Assembly (NCBI GenBank): GCA_021399395.1
Contig: JAAFKJ010000119.1
Location: 1 to 46,028 of the forward strand
Source of the DNA: Candidatus Heimdallarchaeota archaeon
Lineage (GTDB): Archaea; Asgardarchaeota; Heimdallarchaeia; Heimdallarchaeales; Heimdallarchaeaceae
Direction: 5' to 3'
DNA length: 46,028 bases
Shown here: in pieces, positions 39,232 to 46,028 of the stretch
Position numbering within the stretch: position 1 is the first letter of the stretch
How the letters are laid out: each line of letters begins with the position of its first letter
Notes under the pieces: generated by a model
The model's database searches: none
What the model was told of the DNA's origin: nothing
The model's input: the letters and a program-made list of their open reading frames with translations, nothing else
Made by a program: the position numbers and the translations under genes

Positions 39232-40595
39232 TTAAAGTGATAGAAAGAAAACTGTATCATATATTTGAGAAGAACAACAAATTTTTCTTAGTTGATTCAT
39301 TTAACCAATTATATTGGAATATTGGTACGAATATACAACGAACTGATACTATACAGTTTCTTACTAAGTATGGTTTCTTCACGGAGAAACATCCTCAAAT
39401 AAAAAAATGTGCTCAGAATGATGAAAATACAATAAAACATTTAGTGATAAATCCATCGACTGAATGTAATCTAGATTGTTGGTTTTGTTATTCAAAAGAA
39501 TATAGAGAAAAGAATTCAAACAAACTGAAATTTGAAGATATAGAAAAAACAATTGACATTCTCATAAATTACAACAGAAAATTACAACCTAATCTCAAAA
39601 TGACAATAAGTTTAGGTTATTCTCAAGAAATAACAATGGACTTCAGATTATTCAAGAAAGTTAAGCACTACATTGAGAAAGTAAACCAAAATCTTAAAAC
39701 TGAAATTCTCCTATTTCTCCCTTCTTCCAACCTGTTAGAAATAAATGAGGAATTCGTCAACTACATCAATCAGTATGGATATCTAACTGTATCTGTGGAT
39801 CTAGAAAATGAAAATCAAAAACAAGCAATTCTCAGAAATTTAGAACTATTTGATCAAAACGTAGTAAAGCATCTTATTATCCCGATGAAAGCTGGTTGTC
39901 AAAATTTGCTTGACATATATAGAGAATATGGGACCCACTTTGATTTCGTATCTATGCGACCGGTAAGAGTCAAGAGTGATTCAATATTCTCTTGGAATGA
40001 AGAAAGCATCCAACTTATGAAAATTGAATTAACTACACTATTCCAAGATCTGCTTAATCAAAATGATGAAGAGATTCTCAAAAATCTTCTCGTACTCGGC
40101 CCAACTGACTACATCGGACGCTATTTAGATAAAATAATAACAAGAACAAAAACATTGGAAAGGTGTCCAGCTGGTAAAACTGCATTTGCACTATCTCCTA
40201 ATTTCGTTCTCTATCCGTGCTCAGGAATGATGGGGAATAATGAGTTAGTAGTTGGAAAAATAGAAACAGACGGAGATGATATAGAGATTAATACAAAAGT
40301 AATAGATTCATTTTCAGACATTGAAAATTGTTCACATTGTTCTATTCGTTTTTACTGTGGGGGTCCATGTCTGGATTGGTTAAACAAACAAAATGATAAC
40401 TTAAAGAAAAATCTCAATCCATATGAGTGCCAATTAAATATTCATATGTTTGAGGAAATAGCCAACTTTCTGTATGAATTAAGAAAAAATAAACCGAATA
40501 TATATCAAAGATATATTGACCACAAAGGTTTGAAGGATGGTCTTAATTATCCACTCAATTTTGAGGATTTTTACAGTATTTTTATTGATCAATGA
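39225..40595 (+). CDS. Radical SAM/SPASM domain protein (anSME/peptide-maturase-like)
   Basis: CNLDCWFC (CxxxCxxC); SPASM cysteines CPAG...YPC...CSHC...YCGGPC...C. Confidence 0.9.
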   Translation: MLIKVIERKLYHIFEKNNKFFLVDSFNQLYWNIGTNIQRTDTIQFLTKYGFFTEKHPQIKKCAQNDENTIKHLVINPSTECNLDCWFCYSKEYREKNSNKLKFEDIEKTIDILINYNRKLQPNLKMTISLGYSQEITMDFRLFKKVKHYIEKVNQNLKTEILLFLPSSNLLEINEEFVNYINQYGYLTVSVDLENENQKQAILRNLELFDQNVVKHLIIPMKAGCQNLLDIYREYGTHFDFVSMRPVRVKSDSIFSWNEESIQLMKIELTTLFQDLLNQNDEEILKNLLVLGPTDYIGRYLDKIITRTKTLERCPAGKTAFALSPNFVLYPCSGMMGNNELVVGKIETDGDDIEINTKVIDSFSDIENCSHCSIRFYCGGPCLDWLNKQNDNLKKNLNPYECQLNIHMFEEIANFLYELRKNKPNIYQRYIDHKGLKDGLNYPLNFEDFYSIFIDQ

Positions 40596-40992
40596 AATGG
40601 AAAAAATGACTTGGACATGATTTACAGTCGCTATTCCCAAAACCTACAATGGGTTCAAATGAAGCTGTATCTAACAATTTCGATGAAATCTGACATTCAA
40701 TATTCTTACCTATAGAGACTCCGATCCCTTCTATTGAAGTAGATTTTGACATAGTCACCTGATCAATATGCCAATGCTTCTTCTTTGATTTGCGTATGTG
40801 TCTATGTAATCTTGAAGCCAATCCTCCTGCTCCAAAAGCACTACCTATATACAGATAATATCCAGATTTTAGTTCAATCTCTTTGTTTTGAAGGATTATT
40901 GTTATCTCTTCGTTTATTCTAATAAACAATATATAACTCCCTTTAAGACCAACAGTGAAATTGATAATAGGTCCTGGAAGAATTGTGATCAC
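40582..40992 (-). CDS. GIY-YIG (DUF123/Uri superfamily) nuclease-like protein
   Basis: GSYIL...GYYLYIGSAFG.GGL..R..RH...KKHWHID...GFGNSDC..C.SH. Confidence 0.88.
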   Translation of the reverse strand: MITILPGPIINFTVGLKGSYILFIRINEEITIILQNKEIELKSGYYLYIGSAFGAGGLASRLHRHIRKSKKKHWHIDQVTMSKSTSIEGIGVSIGKNIECQISSKLLDTASFEPIVGFGNSDCKSCPSHFFHFIDQ

Positions 40993-42044
40993 TCTTCTAA
41001 CTCGGAAGCTTTTTCCCAGAAGCTTAAAGCTTTCTCTTCTTCTCCTAGGTCTTCGTAGATATCACCAAGCATTTGGAAGAGTCTATAATTATCTTCATTA
41101 TATTTGAGTGAATCCTCTAGGTATGCGATGGATTTTTCATATTCCTTTGCAGCCCATGAAAGAGCTGCTAGAGCTAGGGTTGCTTCAAGAAAAGCAGGGT
41201 CTCTACTTAAACATTCTTCGTAATATCGTGAGGCTTCTGCTATATTAGCTAAAGCAGCATAGATTTCAGCTAAATGAAATAATGCTAAAACATTGTCAGG
41301 ATCTAACTCAATTACTTTGGAAAATGCGTCAATCGCTTGAATAGAATCTTGTTTTGCATCTAATGATTTTCCCAGTTGAAACCAAGCAGAGATATTGTCT
41401 GCATTTACTTTGGTTGCTTTCTGATAATAATTAATTGCTCTATCATGATTATCTAAATCAAAATATGTTTCGCCTATTTGTAGCAAGATCTTCTCATTCT
41501 CTGGATCCATCTGCTCTGCTTTCATTAGATAGTTCCAGCTCTCAATTTCATTACCCATTTTCTTGAAAATAGATGCTAATAAACTGTAGATCTCAATGTC
41601 CTCTTCATATTCTAGATAGTTATTGAAAGCTTGAACTGCTTGATGATACTCTCCTATCTCATAGTACAGATTGCCTATTTTTTTCCAAACGTTGAATTTC
41701 TTTTCATCTATTTCAACTACTTTTTTCCAAGCTAAAATAGCTTGATTCCAATCTTTGAGACTAGTGTATACATCTCCTGCTATATCTAAAGTTGTTAGAT
41801 TTTCTTGCTCAATTTCTAGAGCTCGATTCAGATAGTTGAGGGAAGCTCGAGGATCTTCAACAAATAAATACAATCTAATCAGGAAATTAAGGAATAAAAC
41901 TTCGTTTTCAAAATGATCTAAATTGTTTTCTAAAATCTTAATTGCCTCATGATATCTATCCTGGCTTATTAGCTCTTCTGCTTCCGATAGGATAAGCATC
42001 AAGTCGTTACTACCTTGCATTGATATTTCTACTCCAAATCTCAC
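40989..42044 (-). CDS. Tetratricopeptide repeat protein
   Basis: About nine consecutive TPR motifs (e.g. AWFQLGKSL...AFSKVIELDPDN). Confidence 0.92.
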   Translation of the reverse strand: MRFGVEISMQGSNDLMLILSEAEELISQDRYHEAIKILENNLDHFENEVLFLNFLIRLYLFVEDPRASLNYLNRALEIEQENLTTLDIAGDVYTSLKDWNQAILAWKKVVEIDEKKFNVWKKIGNLYYEIGEYHQAVQAFNNYLEYEEDIEIYSLLASIFKKMGNEIESWNYLMKAEQMDPENEKILLQIGETYFDLDNHDRAINYYQKATKVNADNISAWFQLGKSLDAKQDSIQAIDAFSKVIELDPDNVLALFHLAEIYAALANIAEASRYYEECLSRDPAFLEATLALAALSWAAKEYEKSIAYLEDSLKYNEDNYRLFQMLGDIYEDLGEEEKALSFWEKASELEE

Positions 42045-42101
42045 TTAAGAATATTATGTATAAAGAAAGTTTTAAGTTTAAGATGGTGATACAATATATA
42101 C

Positions 42102-42998
42102 ATGTTTCAGGTAATTGCTAGGAGAGATGATAAAGTAGGTTATAATATAATCTTAGCTGATATACCTGAGGAAATGAAAGAAGATTCAATAGTATTTATG
42201 CCTGAGCTCTCTTCTAAAGAACAAGATCATATAACTTATGCTTCAAAATATACCCACAAATCTGGTCATATAATTGTTAAGCTTGTTAGGAGTGATGGGT
42301 TTGATCCATTTGACAGACCAAAATCACTTTCGCATAGTCTAGTTATTCCTTCTGAGGAATACAGTTCTAATTCGCTTCTATACTACTCTTCACCCTTGAT
42401 TCATACTGACCTTTTTGCTGATGTAAATAAAGATCCAGTAATTCTTAAAGAAAATACTTTTCGAGAAACTGAAAACAAGATTTTAGAGAAATTGGATTTG
42501 GAAAAATTAAGAGAATTAATTGTTGCTGCTATGATTAGCAAGAAAGTTGTTTTGCTTCCATCGTTAAGCCAAACTGGGATATTTGAACTTTCTAGTGTAA
42601 TCGACAAGTCAATTCCATATGAAGCTTCATATGATTTCTCTCTCATCACATATTCAGATGCAAGTTGTAGAAAACATCTAGTTCATAATATACTCTATTT
42701 CTTCTCAGAAGATCATAAAAGTGACAATGGCATAGAATTCAAGGGTTTAGGGTCAAAAGTTCGTAAGATTGCTCAAAAAGAAAAGAGTTATCTAGATGAG
42801 TATATTGAAATGATTATCAAAAATGATTTTGAAAAAATTCTCGAAGAACATGCTAAGTGGGTTATTGGGATGTATCATGATGAACATAAAGAATTGCAAA
42901 AGCTGTTCACGAACAGGTATCAATTAAATATGCCTTTTTCAAGAAGAAACAAGTTTCACGCTCAATTAATTAACTATTTCTCAAAATTTGAGGAATAA
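42102..42998 (+). CDS. Hypothetical protein, DENN-like / GAP1-N-like
   Basis: GFDPFDRPKSLSHSLVI and ILEKLDLEKLRELIVAAMISKKVVLL resemble uDENN and cDENN segments. Confidence 0.45.
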   Translation: MFQVIARRDDKVGYNIILADIPEEMKEDSIVFMPELSSKEQDHITYASKYTHKSGHIIVKLVRSDGFDPFDRPKSLSHSLVIPSEEYSSNSLLYYSSPLIHTDLFADVNKDPVILKENTFRETENKILEKLDLEKLRELIVAAMISKKVVLLPSLSQTGIFELSSVIDKSIPYEASYDFSLITYSDASCRKHLVHNILYFFSEDHKSDNGIEFKGLGSKVRKIAQKEKSYLDEYIEMIIKNDFEKILEEHAKWVIGMYHDEHKELQKLFTNRYQLNMPFSRRNKFHAQLINYFSKFEE

Positions 42999-43036
42999 CT
43001 GCATTTTACAAATGAAAAAAAGAATATAGAAGTACA

Positions 43037-43444
43037 TTAAGGGTTGTATTTCTCTACAACACCGGTGTACAATTCTTGACATTTTTCGTCTGTTAATTTG
43101 TCGATAGCAGAATCCATCCTGGTAGTAATTCGGTGGATTAACTCTTTCAATTTACTTTTCATCTCGTCTGTTGATAAACCGGAGTAGATGTATTTGAACC
43201 CACCTCTGTCGAGATTTATCTTGGTTTTTTTGACAAAACCAATACCCATCAGTCTTTGGATTGAACGCGATATTGTAGCTCGATCTTTTGGTATAATTTC
43301 AGCTATTGTTTTAATGTCAGTAGGTTGAGAATGTTTTATACACATCATAACTTCGAGTTCATTGTCAGATAGAGCATAGGTAGCTTTGATTATATCAAAA
43401 CATGTAACATCTTCACTATCAAATGTTGAGAGGGGAAAGGACAT
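43037..43444 (-). CDS. Winged-helix transcriptional regulator (TrmB/MarR-like)
   Basis: C.DIIK..Y.LSDNE...IAEIIPKDRATISRSIQRL...GFV...GGFKYIY. Confidence 0.85.
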   Translation of the reverse strand: MSFPLSTFDSEDVTCFDIIKATYALSDNELEVMMCIKHSQPTDIKTIAEIIPKDRATISRSIQRLMGIGFVKKTKINLDRGGFKYIYSGLSTDEMKSKLKELIHRITTRMDSAIDKLTDEKCQELYTGVVEKYNP

Positions 43445-43454
43445 TCATATCACC

Positions 43455-43832
43455 TTAGAATGTAAACACTAGATCTGCTTCAAGTGCTTCGGTAATTGTA
43501 TACATTCCGCCTACTATATCGTCAACTTCTTCAATGAAATCTTCTCTTTTCAGGCCATACCTTTCCAATGAAGGGCTGCAAACATATATTTTAGCACCAA
43601 ATTCCTTTGCTTCGCGAACTAACTCAAGATAAGTCATCTTTCCAGTGCCTGATGTAATTCTTTCTGCGTTTCCTTTCTTAAGTAATAACCCACCCGCCAT
43701 AGTATAGATTAATTGTACATCAGTATCAAGTGTTGTAGATAAAGTGGCTAAGTGTAGTGGAGGTTCCAGTCTATCTGGATATTCCTCTCCGAAAGTTACC
43801 ATTATCAGGATTTTTTGTGACATTAAAACCAC
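43455..43832 (-). CDS. dsrE: DsrE family sulfur-carrier protein
   Basis: KILIMVT.G...GLLLKKG...GAKIYVCSPSL...ADLVFTF. Confidence 0.82.
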   Translation of the reverse strand: MVLMSQKILIMVTFGEEYPDRLEPPLHLATLSTTLDTDVQLIYTMAGGLLLKKGNAERITSGTGKMTYLELVREAKEFGAKIYVCSPSLERYGLKREDFIEEVDDIVGGMYTITEALEADLVFTF

Positions 43833-44306
43833 CTAGATGTAAAGAGTTATGTCTGCTTCAGATGCGAACTCTAGGAAAGTAGCTGCTCCACCTACAACAC
43901 ATTCATCAATTAGTTGCTTTCGCTTGAATTTCATTACATCCATTGTCATTTGGCATGCGATCATTTCCACACCAGCTTCAATAGATAAATCCATCAATTC
44001 TTGTAATTTAGCCACATTAGCGCCTTTCATCCAACTTTTCATCATCATAGTAGCCATTCCAGTCATACCAGGTAACATTCCTACTACTTGAGGTATTGGC
44101 ATTGGCATTGCAGTTTCTCCAGCTGGAGTTATTTTTAGCTTGTTCAATTTGTTCTTCTTCAACATGTTTAAACCAAAGAATGTGAAGAATATCTTTACTT
44201 CATAATCCATAGCTGCAGCTGTACTGGCGAGAATTAAAGGAGGGTAAGCTCCAGGAATATCTGCTTTTGAAGCTATGATTGCTAATCTTTTCTTTTTTTC
44301 TGACAT
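43833..44306 (-). CDS. DsrE/DsrF/DrsH-like (DsrE2-type) protein
   Basis: AYPPLILASTAAAM...FFTFFGL...IACQMTMDVM...GGAATFLE. Confidence 0.9.
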   Translation of the reverse strand: MSEKKKRLAIIASKADIPGAYPPLILASTAAAMDYEVKIFFTFFGLNMLKKNKLNKLKITPAGETAMPMPIPQVVGMLPGMTGMATMMMKSWMKGANVAKLQELMDLSIEAGVEMIACQMTMDVMKFKRKQLIDECVVGGAATFLEFASEADITLYI

Positions 44307-44317
44307 TTTTATTCCTC

Positions 44318-44566
44318 TTACTTTGTTTTCTTTATAACGTATCTGTACACTCCGCCTACCTCAGACTGAGCAGCAATTTCATGTCCTGTACTTTTGGACC
44401 ATGCTTCAAAATCAGTTGCGGATCCAGGATCAGTAGCAAGAACTTCTAGAAATTCTCCGATTTCGATAGAATCAATAGCTTTCTTAGTCTTTAAAATCGG
44501 AAGTGGACAACTTAAGTTTTTTGCGTCTAGTGTTTTACTTATTTTTATTTCTGACATTTTTTTCAC
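44318..44566 (-). CDS. tusA: TusA/SirA family sulfurtransferase
   Basis: LDAKNLSCPLP, LEVLATDPGS..DF.AW...GH; true start probably the MSEIK ATG. Confidence 0.93.
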   Translation of the reverse strand: MKKMSEIKISKTLDAKNLSCPLPILKTKKAIDSIEIGEFLEVLATDPGSATDFEAWSKSTGHEIAAQSEVGGVYRYVIKKTK

Positions 44567-44567
44567 C

Positions 44568-45710
44568 TTAAAGATAGCCTTTAATTAAAAGCTTAAAATA
44601 AATACTTTTGAAGGCTTTTTTGAAAAACCCGAAAAGCAATGTGCTATGCAATCCATACTTTCTTGGAGGATGCGTATAGTTAAAGTGTAATAACATTGAT
44701 TTATTGAAAGATGTTACAATGAAACATATTGTCAAACCTTTGTATTTTGCTTTAGGTTCTTTTCCTTTAATCTCAGATACAAGGTTTTTAACCAAGATAT
44801 TCGAAGAGAAATGAGCTACAGCTCCAGATTTTGATACTGGTAAATCTGTTCCATCTCCTAAAGCATATATGTTATTATACTCTGTGTGTTTCAAAGTATA
44901 ACGATCTGTTTTTATCCATCCTTCTTTATCACCAAGTCCTGATTCAATGATAACATCTTGTCCTACATGAGGGGGAACTATTATTAAACCAGTGTATTCA
45001 ATTTCTTCACCTTCTAAAGAATATACCGTGTTTTTTTCCTTGTCCACATGATCATAATTAAAGAATGAAGTAAATTGAATGTCTCGTTTTTCGAACATTT
45101 GCTCTACTTTTTTAGCAGGTTCTGCCATTGTGAAAGCTCTAGAGAGAGGGTAAAGGAATTTTATAGTTGTTTTGTCTCTAAGTCCTTTCTTTCGAAGATA
45201 TTTATCTAAAAGAAAAGTGAATTCTATCGGTGCAGGAGGGCATTTGTATGGAACTGTAGTGGGAGTAATAACGATTGTTCCTCCTTTGAAATTTTGTAAA
45301 GCCACTTTCAGCTTTTTCACTCCATCAGGAGTATAAAAATGACAAACATTATCTCCACAAATTGCTCTTATTTGTTCTTCAGCCATTCTTGCACCTGTAG
45401 TTAAAACTAGATAGTCGTATCTGAGCTCTTCACCATTTTTCAGAATCAATTTCTGATTTTTAGGTTCAATTTTTGTTGCTTCAGTTCTTAGCCAATTAAC
45501 TCTTTTATTAAGTATCTTATCTAAAGGCTTAACTAATTTTGAAAAAGGTTTGTTTCTAAAAGGCCAAAAAACAAAATCTGGTTCGTAAACATTTTCTTCT
45601 TTAGGTTCAATAAGCAGAACTTTTGAGTCAAGTCTCTTAGTTGTTCTTGCTAAATGATTAGCTGTTGCAATTCCAGAAAAACCTCCACCAAGGACTACAA
45701 TCGTTTTCAT
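44568..45710 (-). CDS. sqr: Sulfide:quinone oxidoreductase-like FAD-dependent oxidoreductase
   Basis: GGGFSG Rossmann motif, YDYLVLTTG, YKCPPAP, VPPH, YALGD, KSGAVAH, C-terminal Cys (TICF). Confidence 0.82.
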   Translation of the reverse strand: MKTIVVLGGGFSGIATANHLARTTKRLDSKVLLIEPKEENVYEPDFVFWPFRNKPFSKLVKPLDKILNKRVNWLRTEATKIEPKNQKLILKNGEELRYDYLVLTTGARMAEEQIRAICGDNVCHFYTPDGVKKLKVALQNFKGGTIVITPTTVPYKCPPAPIEFTFLLDKYLRKKGLRDKTTIKFLYPLSRAFTMAEPAKKVEQMFEKRDIQFTSFFNYDHVDKEKNTVYSLEGEEIEYTGLIIVPPHVGQDVIIESGLGDKEGWIKTDRYTLKHTEYNNIYALGDGTDLPVSKSGAVAHFSSNILVKNLVSEIKGKEPKAKYKGLTICFIVTSFNKSMLLHFNYTHPPRKYGLHSTLLFGFFKKAFKSIYFKLLIKGYL

Positions 45711-45719
45711 TTGTTGACC

Positions 45720-45968
45720 TCAGTGAAGTTTTTTGATTATATAACGATCATAGCCGTCTTCATTTATTATCTCAACAAGTTCATGTTGAGCCTTGTTCAA
45801 CCAAGCAGGTACATCCTTTCGAGTTCCTTCGTCGCTACTGAGAAGAGCGAGATGTTCTCCAACTTCGGTTTGTCTGATAGCTTTAATTAGTTCCATCATA
45901 GGCCCTGGGCAGAAACTACCTCGGGCGTCAATTTCTATTGCAACATTGTAGTCTGTCATATTATTCAC
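45720..45968 (-). CDS. tusA: TusA/SirA family sulfurtransferase
   Basis: IDARGSFCPGP...LLSSDEG...DVPAW; true start probably the ATG at 45959. Confidence 0.92.
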   Translation of the reverse strand: MNNMTDYNVAIEIDARGSFCPGPMMELIKAIRQTEVGEHLALLSSDEGTRKDVPAWLNKAQHELVEIINEDGYDRYIIKKLH

Positions 45969-46020
45969 AATTGCGTTCGATTATGACACAATTATGCACA
46001 TCCGTTTTTAAGGCTTTTTC
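45966..46020 (-). promoter_or_regulatory. Candidate promoter (BRE/TATA) with two imperfect palindromic operator sites for the sulfur operon
   Basis: Minus strand GAAAAAGCCTTAAAAA (46020-46005); CACAATTGCG (45966-45975) and CACAATTATG (45987-45996) are each 8/10 palindromic and 21 bp apart. Confidence 0.4.
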
Positions 46021-46028
46021 TCTGGCTA

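Noticed and set aside
40582-40992. GIY-YIG protein as a mobile homing endonuclease
   Set aside because: Matches the stand-alone archaeal DUF123 pattern, is coupled to a TPR gene, and has no intron or element boundaries.
354-45890. Many 60-150-aa antisense or alternative-frame ORFs in the ORF track (e.g. 354-806, 2429-3553, 23164-23460, 28064-28381, 43849-44091)
   Set aside because: They overlap confidently identified genes and show the Ser/Phe/Ile-rich composition typical of antisense shadows in AT-rich DNA.

Overview
Gene-dense, AT-rich archaeal chromosomal segment, most consistent with an Asgard archaeon (probably Heimdallarchaeia). The taxonomy is inferred from several eukaryotic-signature-type proteins: an Asgard-type profilin, a Rab-like small GTPase, a PCI-domain protein, an IFT52/GIFT-like protein and longin/DENN-like proteins. 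Housekeeping content: a complete but rearranged A/V-type ATP synthase gene set, ATP-dependent DNA ligase, RidA, an arginase/agmatinase-family enzyme, an acyl-CoA ligase, an NSAR/OSBS plus GNAT pair, and a TusA-SQR-TusA-DsrE-DsrE-HTH sulfur-handling operon. I saw no tRNA, rRNA, CRISPR array or transposase. Most notable unexplained items: (1) a ~325-nt highly base-paired intergenic region (10558-10885) downstream of a TATA box that I cannot assign to a known RNA class; (2) a degenerate CofD + PCI + C2H2 zinc-finger fusion next to a longin-like + pseudo-GTPase fusion; (3) a CdvA-like protein with three split PRC-barrels transcribed divergently from profilin; (4) an ATPase operon with an embedded USP gene, an antisense subunit C gene and a 34/35-bp internal repeat at both proton-binding Glu codons of subunit K; (5) an RRE-like radical SAM/SPASM enzyme coupled to a 61-aa ORF. 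All assignments come from reading motifs by eye; no searches were run.
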